Assembly (NCBI GenBank): GCA_963798845.1
Contig: CAWCUS010000006.1
Coordinates: 224,001-288,000, forward strand
DNA from: an uncultured Gemmatimonadales bacterium
GTDB lineage: Bacteria; Gemmatimonadota; Gemmatimonadetes; Longimicrobiales; RSA9
Reading direction: 5' to 3'
DNA length: 64,000 nt
A program made the position numbers and the translations under genes. Of this stretch, positions 9,049 through 20,750 are shown piece by piece. Each line of letters starts with the position of its first letter. Positions within the stretch are counted from its first letter, which is position 1. A model generated the notes under the pieces. It saw nothing but the letters and a program-made list of their open reading frames with translations, was not told the origin of the DNA and made no database searches.

Positions 9049-11964
9049 CTAGACTCCCGCTGGCTCGTACTCCCGCACTGGCGGACACGCGCAGACCAGG
9101 TTCCGGTCGCCCACCGCCGACTGGATGCGGCCCACGGTCGGCCAGAACTTCTGGTCGCGGCCGGGCTTCGGGAACGCCGCCAGCTCGCGCGAGTACGGCC
9201 GGTCCCAGGCGCTGCTCACCACCATGTCGAGCGTGTGCGGCGCGCCGTGCAGCGGGTTGTGCTCCTGGTCCCATTCGCCGGACTCGATCTTCCGCATCTC
9301 TTCCCGGATGGCGAGCATCGCGTCGCAGAAGCGGTCGAGCTCCTCCTTGGACTCGCTTTCCGTCGGCTCCACCATGAGCGTGCCGGCCACCGGGAAGCTC
9401 ACCGTGGGCGCGTGGAAGCCGTAGTCCATGAGCCGCTTCGCTATGTCGATGGCGTCCACGCCCGTGGCGGCCTTGAGCGGGCGCGGATCGATGATGCACT
9501 CGTGCGCCACCGTGCCGTTCCGGCCCGTGTAGAGCACATCGAAGTGGCCCTCCAGCCGCTTTGCGACGTAGTTGGCGTTGAGGATGGCGACCTCCGTGGC
9601 CTTCTTCACGCCCTCCGCCCCCAGCATCCGGATGTACATCCAGGAGATGGGCAGGATGCTGGCGCTGCCGAACGGCGCTGCGCTGACCGCGCCGATGCCC
9701 TGATTCCCGCCCGTCTCCACCACCGGGTGCCCCGGAAGGAACGGCGCCAGGTGCTCCGCCACGCCGATCGGCCCCATCCCCGGGCCGCCGCCGCCGTGCG
9801 GAATCGCGAACGTCTTGTGCAGGTTCAGGTGCGCCACGTCGCCGCCCCAGTCGCCCGGCCGGCTCACCCCCACCATGGCATTCATGTTGGCGCCGTCGAT
9901 GTAGACCTGGCCCCCGTTTTCGTGGACGATCTGGCAGATCTCCCGGATCGCCGGCTCGAAGATCCCGTGCGTCGAGGGGTAGGTGACCATGATCGCCGCC
10001 AGACGGTCCCGGTGCTGTGTCGCCTTCTCGCGCAGGTCCTCCACGTCGATGTTCCCGTCGCCGTCCGTCTTCACCACGACGACTTCGAAGCCCGCCATGA
10101 CCGAGCTCGCCGGATTCGTCCCGTGCGCCGACTGCGGGATCAGGCAGACGTTCCGGCGCCCCTCTCCGCGCGACTCGTGGTAGCCCCTGATCACCAGCAG
10201 CCCGGTGAGCTCGCCCTGACTCCCCGCGTTCGGCATGAAGCTGACCGCGTGGAAGCCCGTGATCTCGGCCAGCCAGGCTCCCAGCTGGCCGATCATCTCC
10301 CGGTAGCCCAGCGCCTGGTCCGCCGGCACGAACGGGTGGAGCGACCCGAACTCCGGCCAGGTGATCGGATACATCTCCGCGGTGGCGTTCAGCTTGAGCG
10401 TGCACGACCCGAGTGGGATCATGCTCCCGGTCAGCGACAGGTCCCGGTTCTCCAGCCGCTTCAGGTACCGCAGCATCTCGTGCTCGGAGTGGAAGCGATG
10501 GAAGACGGGGTGCCTCAGGTAGGCGCTCGTGCGCTGGAAGGCGTCGGGGAAGTGGGGCGCCAGCTGCGGCGCCAGGTCGTCCATCCAGCCGCGCAGGGTC
10601 TCCCGGGCGACGACCTCGTCCTCGACGCCTGCGCCGAACGCCTCCACCACGTCCAGAAGGTCGTCCCGCGAAACCGTCTCGTCCAGCGACACACCGAGCG
10701 TGAACTGGTCCTCCACCCGCAGGTTGATCCCCTTCTCCCTCGCCGCTCTCAGGATCGCGTCCACTCGATCGTGGCCCACCTCCACACGCAGCGTGTCGAA
10801 GAACGGACGGTGGACGATGGTGTGCCCCAGCTTCTCCAGCATGTCCGCAAGCGCCGCGGTAAGTCGGTGGACACGCCCGGCAATGGCGCGCAGCCCGCCC
10901 GGGCCGTGGTACACGGCGTACATGGCCGCGATCACGGCCAGCAGCACCTGCGCCGTGCAGACGTTGCTCGTGGCCTTCTCGCGGCGGATGTGCTGCTCGC
11001 GCGTCTGGAGCGCCATGTAGTAGGCATCCTCGCCGCGGCTGTCCTTCGTCATCCCAATGATCCGGCCCGGCATCTGCCTCTTGTAGGCGTCCCTGGTGGC
11101 GAAGAACGCCGCGTGGGGGCCGCCAAAGCCCATGGGCACGCCGAAACGCTGCGTGTTCCCCACGACGACGTCGGCGCCCCACTCCCCGGGAGGGGTGAGC
11201 AGCGTCAATGCCAGAAGGTCCGACGCCGCGACCAGCAGCGCGCCCGCCTCGTGCACGCGCTCCGCCACTTCCCGGTAGTCCCGGACGGCGCCGTCGGCCG
11301 ACGGGTACTGGACCAGCATGCCGAACACGTCGTCGCCCATCTCCCACTCGTCCGGGCGACCCACCTCCACGGACCACCCGCGCGCGCGGGCGCGGGTCCG
11401 GACCACGTCCACCGTCTGCGGGAAGACGTCATCGGCCACCAGGAAGCGGCTCCGGTTTCCCTTCGCGGCAGCGTGGCAGAGCGCCATCGCCTCGGCCGCC
11501 GCGGTGCCTTCGTCCAGGAGCGAAGCGTTGGCCACCTCCAACCCGGCCAGGTCGCTGACCATGGTCTGATACACCATCAGCGCTTCGAGCCGCCCCTGCG
11601 AGATCTCCGCCTGGTATGGCGTGTACGCCGTGTACCAGCCCGGGTTCTCCAGGATGTTCCGCTGGATCACCGGCGGCGTGATGGTGCCGTAGTACCCCAT
11701 CCCGATGTAGGACCGGAACACGAGGTTCTTCGCGGCGATGGCGCGCAGCTCCTTCAGCGCCTCGTATTCCGAGCGCGGCGGGTCCACCTCGAGCGCACGG
11801 TCGAGCCGGATCGCTTCCGGCACCGCCGTCGCCACCAGCTGGTCGAGAGAGTCGTACCCCACCGTCTCCAGCATCTCCCCGATGTCGTTCTCCCGGGGGC
11901 CGATGTGACGGCGAATGAACAGGTCTGTAAAAGCCAGCGAGTGGCGTCGATCTGGGACGGGCAT
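9049..11964 (-). CDS. gcvP: glycine dehydrogenase (aminomethyl-transferring), glycine cleavage P protein
   Basis: [64 protein letters not shown] (PLP lysine), DRNLVCAC. Start set at MPVPDRR; the longer ORF-track N-terminus runs through the repeat array. Confidence 0.97.
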   Translation of the reverse strand: MPVPDRRHSLAFTDLFIRRHIGPRENDIGEMLETVGYDSLDQLVATAVPEAIRLDRALEVDPPRSEYEALKELRAIAAKNLVFRSYIGMGYYGTITPPVIQRNILENPGWYTAYTPYQAEISQGRLEALMVYQTMVSDLAGLEVANASLLDEGTAAAEAMALCHAAAKGNRSRFLVADDVFPQTVDVVRTRARARGWSVEVGRPDEWEMGDDVFGMLVQYPSADGAVRDYREVAERVHEAGALLVAASDLLALTLLTPPGEWGADVVVGNTQRFGVPMGFGGPHAAFFATRDAYKRQMPGRIIGMTKDSRGEDAYYMALQTREQHIRREKATSNVCTAQVLLAVIAAMYAVYHGPGGLRAIAGRVHRLTAALADMLEKLGHTIVHRPFFDTLRVEVGHDRVDAILRAAREKGINLRVEDQFTLGVSLDETVSRDDLLDVVEAFGAGVEDEVVARETLRGWMDDLAPQLAPHFPDAFQRTSAYLRHPVFHRFHSEHEMLRYLKRLENRDLSLTGSMIPLGSCTLKLNATAEMYPITWPEFGSLHPFVPADQALGYREMIGQLGAWLAEITGFHAVSFMPNAGSQGELTGLLVIRGYHESRGEGRRNVCLIPQSAHGTNPASSVMAGFEVVVVKTDGDGNIDVEDLREKATQHRDRLAAIMVTYPSTHGIFEPAIREICQIVHENGGQVYIDGANMNAMVGVSRPGDWGGDVAHLNLHKTFAIPHGGGGPGMGPIGVAEHLAPFLPGHPVVETGGNQGIGAVSAAPFGSASILPISWMYIRMLGAEGVKKATEVAILNANYVAKRLEGHFDVLYTGRNGTVAHECIIDPRPLKAATGVDAIDIAKRLMDYGFHAPTVSFPVAGTLMVEPTESESKEELDRFCDAMLAIREEMRKIESGEWDQEHNPLHGAPHTLDMVVSSAWDRPYSRELAAFPKPGRDQKFWPTVGRIQSAVGDRNLVCACPPVREYEPAGV

Positions 11965-12112
11965 CGTTGCACTTTGATCTCGTGGGACCGCCGCCCACCC
12001 CCGGGCGGCAAAGCGTTGAATCATACAGCGGCGGCCGGAGCCGAGAAAGTCGGGGAGATCCCCACCTCCGCCCGGTTCACTCCCGTACGGAACCAGGCTC
12101 TGGCGCGCCGGC

Positions 12113-12521
12113 CGACCGCCGGAGCCCCGCCCGGGCATCGATCGGTCGGAAACCGGCACTGAACCCCCACAATCGACCGCCGGAGCCCCGCTGCGGCATC
12201 GGTCGGTCGGAAACCGGCACTGAACCCCCACAATCGACCGCCGGAGCCCCGCCGCGGCTCCGATCGGTCGGAAACCGGCACTGAACCCCCACAATCGACC
12301 GCCGGAGCGACGCCCGGGCATCGATCGGTCGGAAACCGGCCCTGAACCCCCACAATCGACCGCCGGAGCCCCGCTGCGGCTCCGATCGGTCGGAAACCGG
12401 CACTGAACCCCCACAATCGACCGCCGGAGCCCCGCCCGGGCATCGATCGGTCGGAAACCGGCACTGAACCCCCACAATCGACCGCCGGAGCCCCGCCGCG
12501 GCATCGGTCGGTCGGAAACCG
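12113..12521. repeat. tandem array of a 61-bp hairpin-forming unit, about 6.7 copies
   Basis: Unit CGACCGCCGGAGC-[16 variable nt]-TCGGTCGGAAACCGGCACTGAACCCCCACAAT starting at 12113, 12174, 12235, 12296, 12357, 12418 and 12479 (partial). Confidence 0.97.
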
Positions 12522-12566
12522 CCGCACCCCGTGACCCGACGCCGCTGCGCCCCTATCTTCTCCGCC

Positions 12567-13040
12567 ATGGCCACCGCCGCCCGACGCCTCCAGTCCGCAT
12601 GGCGACGCCTTTCGCGCCTCCCCGGCGGACCGTGGCTGTTCGACCGCCTGCTGCGCCGCATGGTCCCCTACTCCGGGACGATACACCCCCGCGTCCTCTC
12701 GCTGGAGCCCGGGCGCGCCGTGGTCCGCCTCGAGGAGAGCCGGCGACTGCGGAACCACCTTCACTCCATCCACGCCATCGCCCTCGCCAACCTCGGCGAG
12801 CTCGCCAGTGGGCTCGCCATGACGCTGGCGCTCCCGCGTGACGTGCGCGGCATCCCGGTCCGCATCCAGATCGCGTACCTGAAGAAGGCGCGTGGCGCCA
12901 TCACGGCCACCGGCCGCGCCTCGCCGCCTGCCCGCGTGAAGGAAGACGTCGAGAGCGCGGCCACCGCCGAGATGCGGGACCAGGCCGGCGAGGTGGTGGC
13001 GCGGATCCGCGTGCACTGGCGACTGTCGCCGGCGCCATGA
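12567..13040 (+). CDS. hotdog-fold thioesterase (DUF4442/PaaI-like)
   Basis: VPYSGTIHPRV, NHLHSIHAIALANLGELASG, YLKKARG; its stop overlaps the next ATG. Confidence 0.85.
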   Translation: MATAARRLQSAWRRLSRLPGGPWLFDRLLRRMVPYSGTIHPRVLSLEPGRAVVRLEESRRLRNHLHSIHAIALANLGELASGLAMTLALPRDVRGIPVRIQIAYLKKARGAITATGRASPPARVKEDVESAATAEMRDQAGEVVARIRVHWRLSPAP

Positions 13041-14017
13041 ACCTGGAAACCCGGCTCACCGCCCACACGGGCATTGCCGTCCCGATCATCGGCGGCGCCA
13101 TGTACCCGTGCTCGAACCCGGAGCTGGTGGCGGCGGTGAGCGAGGCGGGCGGGATCGGCGTGGTCCAGCCGGTCTCGCTCACCTTCGTCCACGGCTACGA
13201 TTTCCGGGAAGGGCTGCGCTACATCCGGCGGCTGACCTCCAGCCCGATCGGCATGAACGCCCTGATCGAATCGTCGTCGCGGGCGTACGAGCGGCGAATG
13301 GAGGCGTGGGTGGACATCGCCCTCGAGGAGGGCGTCCGCTTCTTCGTCACGTCGCTGGGAAAGCCGAAGTGGGTGGTCGAGCGCGTGGAGGCCGCTGGCG
13401 GCGTCGTCTACCACGACGTGACCGAGCGGAAGTGGGCACTGAAGGGGCTCGACAGCGGTGTGCACGGCCTCATCGCCGTCAACCGCCGGGCGGGCGGGCA
13501 CGCCGGCCCGAAGTCGCCCGCGCAGCTCATGGACGAGCTAGGCGATCTCGGCGTCCCGCTGGTGTGCGCGGGCGGCGTCGGCACCCCGGAGGAGTTCGTG
13601 GAGGCGCTCCGGCTCGGCTACGACGGTGTGCAGATGGGCACGCGCTTCATCGCCACCGCGGAGTGCACCGCCGCGCAGCCGTACAAGCGGGCCATCCTCG
13701 ACTCCGACGAGGACGACATCGTTCTCACCGAGCGCGTGACGGGTGTCCCGCTCGCCGTCATCCGGACGCCCTACATCGAGCGGCTTGGAACGCGCGCCGG
13801 CCCGTTCGCGCGCTGGATGCTGCGCGGGCGCCGTCGCAAGAAGCTGATGCGCGCGCTCTACGCTCTCTGGTCCGGCTGGCGGCTGAAGCGATCCTCCTAC
13901 GACGAGAGCGGCCGCCACGACTTCTGGCAGGCGGGTCGGAGCGTGGCCGGGATCCACGAGATCCGTCCGGCGGGGGCGGTGGTCCGGGAGATGGCGGAGG
14001 CGGCGAGAACCGCCTGA
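13037..14017 (+). CDS. nitronate monooxygenase family flavin-dependent oxidoreductase
   Basis: PIIGGAMYP..LVAAVSEAGGIG, AGGHAG, PLVCAGGVG, GVQMGTRFIATAEC, WQAGRSV. Confidence 0.9.
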   Translation: MNLETRLTAHTGIAVPIIGGAMYPCSNPELVAAVSEAGGIGVVQPVSLTFVHGYDFREGLRYIRRLTSSPIGMNALIESSSRAYERRMEAWVDIALEEGVRFFVTSLGKPKWVVERVEAAGGVVYHDVTERKWALKGLDSGVHGLIAVNRRAGGHAGPKSPAQLMDELGDLGVPLVCAGGVGTPEEFVEALRLGYDGVQMGTRFIATAECTAAQPYKRAILDSDEDDIVLTERVTGVPLAVIRTPYIERLGTRAGPFARWMLRGRRRKKLMRALYALWSGWRLKRSSYDESGRHDFWQAGRSVAGIHEIRPAGAVVREMAEAARTA

Positions 14018-14047
14018 CCACCCCCGGACCTCGTCCGCCGGTGCAGA

Positions 14048-16150
14048 CTACCGCACCGCCGCGTGGACCGGGTGCTCCGCGCGCAGCCGCGCCAGCGATC
14101 CCTCCCAGTTCGCGCGCGGCTCCGCCAGGTCGCCCTTCACGTACAGGTCGTACCAGTCGAGGAAACGCTGGTAGCGGTCCTTGATGAAGGCGGGGTTCCG
14201 GAAGCCGTGGTGCTCGCCCGGATACACGACGAGCAACGCGGGCCGTCCCAGCCGCTTGAGCGCCTGGTACAGCTGCTCGGAGTTGAGGATCGGCACGTTC
14301 CAGTCGATGGAGCCGCCCATGATGAGCGTGGGCGTGGTGATGTTCTCCACCTTGTTGAACGGCGAGATCTTCTCCCAGTTCTCCGCCGTGGGCCCCCACG
14401 GCAGCCCCAGCTCCGCCTCCCACACGTGCTGGTAATGGTCGTGCCCGTAGTTGGACCGGTAGAGCACCTCGCTGGCGCCGGTGATCGCGCCCTCGAACCG
14501 GTCTGTGGACGTGATCACGTAGTTGGTCAGAATCCCGCCGTACGACCAGCCGCCGACGCCCATGTGATCCGGATCCGCGTAGCCCGTGGTGATGGCCTCG
14601 TCGAGGGCCGACATGACATCGGCCACCGGCTTCTCGCCCCAGTCGGCGAAGATCGCGGCGCTGAAGTCCTGGCCATAGCCGGAGGAGCCGCGCGGGTTGG
14701 CCCGCACGACCACGTAGCCGTTCGCCGCGAACAGCTGGCTGTCGAAGTCGAAGGACCAGTCGAACTGGGCCACGGGGCCGCCGTGGAGCTGGAGCAGAAC
14801 CGGGTAGCGGTGTCCCTCCTCGTAATCGGGCGGGAGTGTGACCCACCCCTCGATCTCCGTGCCGTCCGCCGAATGGGAGTGGATGTTCTCCACCGCGCCG
14901 AACGTGAGTCCGGCGATGAAGTCGTCGTTCGCGTGCGTCAGCCGTTCCGGACCCCGACCCCCAAGCTTGTAGACTTCGAACGGGTGCTGTGGGTCGCTGA
15001 TGAGCATGACGACGTCGCCTGACCGGCCGACGTCCGCGCTGGCCACCACCGACTCGCCGGCGACCACGCGCTCGAAGCCGCGGCCGTCGGCGCCGATCCG
15101 CGCCAGCTGCTGCGCGCCGCTGTCCTCGAGGTTGAACCAGATCCGCCCCTTCGAGTCGTACTCGGGGTCCGACACGTTCCGGTCCAGCTCCGGCGTCAGC
15201 ACCCGCGGCTCACCGCCGGCGGCGGGTATGACCGCCAGCTGGTTCACCGCGTACCAGATCAGGTCCGGCCGGGTGTCCGTGACGTACGCGATGGACTTTC
15301 CGTCCGCGCTCCATGCCGGCGACCCGTCCGCCCCCGGGTTCGTGGTCAGCTGCCGCGGCGCCGGCACGGCACCGTCGGCGCTCAGCGAGGAGGGAACGTC
15401 CACGATCCAGACGTCGGTGTTGTCGCTCGAGTCGGCCTGCGGCATCCGCTTGCTCACGAACGCCACGTGCCGCCCGTCCGGGCTCCACGCCGCCGCGCCG
15501 TCGTCGTAGTCGCCGTCCGTGATCTGCTGGAGCGTCTTGGACCCCGGGTCGTAGACGTAGTAGTGGTCTCGGAGTCGGTTCAGGTAGCCGACGTTGTCCT
15601 GTTTGAACTGGAGGCGATCGATGATGAACGGCTTCTTCTCGTCCTTCTCCTTCTCCTCTTTCGCGGCTGCCGAGTCTTCCGGCGTCGGCTCGGGGTCCGT
15701 GATGGACAGGAGGAGCCGCTTGCCGTCCGGGGACCAGAGGTAGCCGTTCACGCCCTGCTTCACCGACGTCAGCGGCTGCGCTTCGCCGCCCCGCCGGTCG
15801 AGCGCCCAGACCTGCGTCTTCTCGTCGTTGCGGGAGGCGGTGAATGTGAGCCAGCGGCCGTCCGGGCTGAAGCGTGGCGACCCTGCCGACATCCCCTCCA
15901 TCGTCATCGGCAGCGCGTCGCCGCCGGCCGTCGCCACCATCCAGACGCGGCTCTGGTTCCTGTCCTTTTCCAGGTCCGTCGTGCCGACGGTGTACGCCAC
16001 CCATTTCCCGTCGGGGCTCAGCTGCGGGCTGCCGACCCGTTGGAGCCGGAACCCGTCGTCTATCTCCATCTTCCGCGGCGCATCCTGCGCCGCCAGCCCG
16101 CCGGCGAGTGCCAGCACGAGAGTGACTCCGACACAGCAGATTCGCCTCAT
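14048..16150 (-). CDS. secreted S9 family (prolyl oligopeptidase/acylaminoacyl) peptidase
   Basis: Signal peptide; WSPDG propeller repeats; LHGGP; GWSYGG nucleophile; D and GEHHG catalytic residues. Confidence 0.94.
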   Translation of the reverse strand: MRRICCVGVTLVLALAGGLAAQDAPRKMEIDDGFRLQRVGSPQLSPDGKWVAYTVGTTDLEKDRNQSRVWMVATAGGDALPMTMEGMSAGSPRFSPDGRWLTFTASRNDEKTQVWALDRRGGEAQPLTSVKQGVNGYLWSPDGKRLLLSITDPEPTPEDSAAAKEEKEKDEKKPFIIDRLQFKQDNVGYLNRLRDHYYVYDPGSKTLQQITDGDYDDGAAAWSPDGRHVAFVSKRMPQADSSDNTDVWIVDVPSSLSADGAVPAPRQLTTNPGADGSPAWSADGKSIAYVTDTRPDLIWYAVNQLAVIPAAGGEPRVLTPELDRNVSDPEYDSKGRIWFNLEDSGAQQLARIGADGRGFERVVAGESVVASADVGRSGDVVMLISDPQHPFEVYKLGGRGPERLTHANDDFIAGLTFGAVENIHSHSADGTEIEGWVTLPPDYEEGHRYPVLLQLHGGPVAQFDWSFDFDSQLFAANGYVVVRANPRGSSGYGQDFSAAIFADWGEKPVADVMSALDEAITTGYADPDHMGVGGWSYGGILTNYVITSTDRFEGAITGASEVLYRSNYGHDHYQHVWEAELGLPWGPTAENWEKISPFNKVENITTPTLIMGGSIDWNVPILNSEQLYQALKRLGRPALLVVYPGEHHGFRNPAFIKDRYQRFLDWYDLYVKGDLAEPRANWEGSLARLRAEHPVHAAVR

Positions 16151-16304
16151 CGGTTTGCTCCGGTCCAAGAGAGATGCGGTCGGTATCCTGCGAGGGTACG
16201 ACGCCGCGGCCCGCTTCGCCAGCCGACCCCGGATTCCGCCGCGCGACGCTGCGCGCTACCCTATGTGCGGAAGACGGACCCCGCAGCCACCACGAAAACA
16301 GCCC

Positions 16305-16655
16305 ATGGACATCACACTCACCGGAACCGTCAAGCAGCTCCTGGACGTGCAATCGGGCACGAGTCGCAACGGCGAATGGCGGAAACAGGACTTCATCCTC
16401 GAGACCGAGGGCAAGTACCCGAAGCCCGTATGCATCACACAGTGGGGCGACGACATCGACACGTTCGCCCTCCGCACCGGTGAGCAGATCACCGCCCACG
16501 TCGACATCCAGAGTCGCGAGTACAACGGCCGCTGGTACACCGACGTGAAAGCCTGGAAGGTCACCAGGGAGGCCGACGCGGCCGGTGCTTCGCCGTCCCC
16601 GGCCGCGGACGAGCCCTGGCCCGGTGAGGCGCTGGAGGACGACCTGCCCTTCTAG
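16305..16655 (+). CDS. DUF3127 domain OB-fold protein
   Basis: MDITLTGTV..SGTSRNGEWRKQDFILET..YPK..IQSREYNGRWYTDVKAWKV..EDDLPF. Confidence 0.85.
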   Translation: MDITLTGTVKQLLDVQSGTSRNGEWRKQDFILETEGKYPKPVCITQWGDDIDTFALRTGEQITAHVDIQSREYNGRWYTDVKAWKVTREADAAGASPSPAADEPWPGEALEDDLPF

Positions 16656-16658
16656 GGG

Positions 16659-17311
16659 TCAGTCCTCGTCCTCGAACCCTTCCACCCCCTCCCGCACCAG
16701 CCACGGCACCATGAGCAGCGCCGCGAGGGGATCGGCCCACCACCACCCCAGCGCCGCGTTCAGCGCCAGGCCGAGGAGCAGGGTGAAGGAGAGATAGGAG
16801 CAGGCGAGCGTCTCCTTGGCCTCGGCGCGCAGCGCACCGCTCCCCAGCGCGGCGGCTGTGCGCAGCTTGGCCCACGCCAGCACCGGCATGATCACGAGCG
16901 ACGCGGCCGCGACGCCGATCCCCAACAGGCTCTTCTCTGCAGGCGCGCGGCCAAGCAGGTGTGAGCCGGCTTCGAAGAGGACGTAGACGGCCAGCAGGAA
17001 GAACGTCGCGCCCACCACCTTCCGAACGCGCGTTTCGGCGTCCTCCACCGCGTCGCGATCGCCGCCGACCCACTCGACGCGGAAGCGCCAGAGCACAACG
17101 AGCGCCGCCGCCAGCTCGATCACGCTGTCCAGGCCGAATCCCAGCAGCGCGATGCTGCCGGCGGACACGCCTGCCCACAGCGCCAGCCCCGCCTCGACCA
17201 CGTTGTACGCCGCCGTCCCCCACAGGAGCCAGAGCGCGCGCCGGACCAGGCGCGCGCCTTCGGCCGGTCCCGGGTGGGCCCGGCCGCTCGCGGGGGCCGC
17301 CGCGTCGCGGC

Positions 17312-17315
<4 letters not shown>
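16659..17315 (-). CDS. cation efflux (CDF-like) membrane transporter lacking the C-terminal dimerisation domain
   Basis: YNVVEA..AGSIALLGFGLDSVIE..LRAEAKETLAC..GWWWADPLAAL. TTG start overlaps the upstream TGA (TTGA). Confidence 0.85.
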
Positions 17316-18885
<1,570 letters not shown>

Positions 18886-18889
<4 letters not shown>

Positions 18890-19422
18890 GACTTCAGCCG
18901 GTCCGCGAACCTGGTCCGCAGCTTCGCGACCTTCGGCGCGATCACCACCCGGCAGTACGGCTGGCCGGGGTTCCGGTCGTAGTAGTCGCGGTGGTAGTCT
19001 TCGGCCGCCCAGAACCGCTCCAGCGGCTCCACCGCCGTGACGATCGGCCCGCCGAACACGTCCCCGGCTTCCAGCTCCGCGATCACGGATTCGGCCGTCT
19101 CGCGCTGCGCTTCCGACTCGTACAGGATGATCGACCGATACTGGGTCCCGACGTCGTTCCCCTGACGGTTCGGCGTCGTGGGGTCGTGCGTGGCGAAGAA
19201 CACTTCCAGCAGATCCCGGAACGAGATCCTGTCCGGGTCGAAGACGACGCGCGCGACCTCGGCGTGGCCGGTTTCGCCTGTACAGACCTGCTGGTACGTC
19301 GGCGATTCCGCGTGTCCGCCCGCATACCCCGGCGACACCGACTCCACTCCCTCCAGCCGCTGCAGCACCGCCTCGACGCACCAGAAGCATCCGCCGCCCA
19401 GCGTCGCGGTTTCGCGACTCAT
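18886..19422 (-). CDS. msrA: peptide-methionine (S)-S-oxide reductase
   Basis: GGGCFWCVE, GYAGG, VCTGETGHAE, THDPTTPNRQGNDVGTQYRS, AEDYHRDY..QPYC. ATGA overlap with the upstream gene. Confidence 0.96.
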
Positions 19423-19700
19423 GGGCGGGGAGCCGTCGAGGACTCGCGGCCGTGTTCCAGCAGCCGCTCCGACCATTCCTGCCGCTCCGCCAGACGCGCC
19501 ACCTGGCCCTGAAGCTCCGACACCAGACGACGCAGCTCCTCCGCTTCCTCCGTCGGCAACGCGCCCACGCGACGCTCCTCCAGCCGCATCTCCAGCAGCT
19601 TGCCCAGCCGCTTCGTCAACGGGAACGTCAGGATGAACCCGCCCACGATCAGCGCGAGCAGGAGCGAGAACACCATTCCGGCCACCGCCGTCATGTCCAT
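19419..19700 (-). CDS. small single-TM protein with cytoplasmic coiled coil (hypothetical)
   Basis: MDMTAVAGMVFSLLLALIVGGFILTFPL..ELQGQVARLAERQEWSERLL; purine-rich RBS; translationally coupled to msrA. Confidence 0.75.
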   Translation of the reverse strand: MDMTAVAGMVFSLLLALIVGGFILTFPLTKRLGKLLEMRLEERRVGALPTEEAEELRRLVSELQGQVARLAERQEWSERLLEHGRESSTAPRP

Positions 19701-19740
19701 GGGATTCCCCCCTGGGAGGATGTGCATCGCGAGCCCGCAG

Positions 19741-20010
19741 CCCGAGCCCCCCTGCGAGGCCGCAGGCCCGAGCCCCCCTGCGAGGCCGCAGGCCCGAGCC
19801 CCTCTGCGAGGCCGCAAGGCCCGAGCCCCTCTGCGAGGCCGCAGGCCGAGCCCCTCTGCGAGGCCGCAGGCCGAGCCCCTCTGCGAGGCCGCAGGCCGAG
19901 CCCCTCTGCGAGGCCGCAAGGCCGAGCCCCTCTGCGAGGCCGCAGGCCGAGCCCCTCTGCGAGGCCGCAGGCCGAGCCCCTCTGCGAGGCCGCAGGCCGA
20001 GCCCCTCTGC
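19741..20010. repeat. tandem repeat of 25-27 bp, about 10.5 copies
   Basis: (C)CCGAGCCCC[T/C]CTGCGAGGCCGCA(A)GG repeated; each unit contains the mini-hairpin CTGCG-AGGC-CGCAG. Confidence 0.97.
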
Positions 20011-20039
20011 ACGGGGCGCCGCCAAGCGGCGCCCCGTGC
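20009..20039 (-). terminator. perfect 14-bp stem hairpin after the metal-dependent hydrolase
   Basis: GCACGGGGCGCCGC-CAA-GCGGCGCCCCGTGC, 5 nt after the stop codon. Confidence 0.65.
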
Positions 20040-20044
20040 CCTAC

Positions 20045-20734
20045 TCAGAAGTTGTAGCTGTCACCCGGATCCAGGATCACCACCTCGGCCCGGCCGCCCA
20101 CCTTCTCCCGAAACTCGTTGGGGTCCTGCTCGATCGGCTCCCAGGTGGAGTAGTGCATCGGGATCACCACCTTCGGCTCGATCATCTCGACCGCCCTCGC
20201 CGCGTCGTCGGGGCCCATCGTGAAGTTGTCGCCGATGGGGAGCAGCGCGACGTCCACCTTTCCCTTCAGCAGCTGCATGTCCATGATCAGCGCGGTGTCG
20301 CCCGCGTGGTACAGCCGCTTGCCACCGTTCAGGTCGAGCCACCACCCGCCCGGCACCGTGGTGAACGCCCCTTCCTCGTCGCCGTCCACCTGCCCGCCGT
20401 GCAGCGCTGGGGTCATCTTCGCGTAGCCGAATGCGAAATGGTTCCCGCCCCCAATGTGGAGCGCGTGCACGTTCTCGAGCCCCTGCTCCTGGCAGAAGCC
20501 GATGATCTCGAACGTCGAGATCAGCGTGGCCCCTGTCTTTTTGGCGAGCGGGATCGCGTCCTGAAAATGGTCGAAGTGCCCGTGGCTCACCAGGATGAAA
20601 TCGAGCGTCTCCACGTCGGCGACGCGGATGTCCGACTTCGGGTTCTCGTCCAGGAACGGATCGAACATGATCCGATGTCCCTGGTCGGTCTCGAGCGTGA
20701 ATGTCGAATGTCCGTGCCAGGTCAGGCGAGCCAT
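20045..20734 (-). CDS. UPF0173-like metal-dependent hydrolase (metallo-beta-lactamase fold)
   Basis: LTWHGHSTF, DPFL, SHGHFDH, YHAGDTAL, LLPIGDNFTMGP, IPMHY. Confidence 0.92.
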   Translation of the reverse strand: MARLTWHGHSTFTLETDQGHRIMFDPFLDENPKSDIRVADVETLDFILVSHGHFDHFQDAIPLAKKTGATLISTFEIIGFCQEQGLENVHALHIGGGNHFAFGYAKMTPALHGGQVDGDEEGAFTTVPGGWWLDLNGGKRLYHAGDTALIMDMQLLKGKVDVALLPIGDNFTMGPDDAARAVEMIEPKVVIPMHYSTWEPIEQDPNEFREKVGGRAEVVILDPGDSYNF

Positions 20735-20750
20735 GGCACCCTCCGCGTGG

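Noticed and set aside
8176..12162. Very long opposite-strand or alternate-frame ORFs (e.g. 8176..12162 +, 3510..6050 +, 51289..54135 +, 46640..48928 +)
   Set aside because: Shadow ORFs of real genes, expected in high-GC DNA; Arg/Pro/Gly-rich with no recognisable motifs.
11965..12504. 180-aa N-terminal extension of GcvP in the ORF track
   Set aside because: It is largely a translation of the 61-bp repeat, which is open in several frames; GcvP homology begins at [15 protein letters not shown].
12113..12521. CRISPR array
   Set aside because: The variable segments are only 16 nt and are near-identical to each other (units 1 and 6 identical), not unique spacers; no cas genes in the window.
19701..20025. 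Repeat-encoded N-terminal extensions of msrA and the small TM gene
   Set aside because: The 25-27-bp units shift frame and give low-complexity peptides; proper starts with RBS or stop-start overlaps lie downstream.
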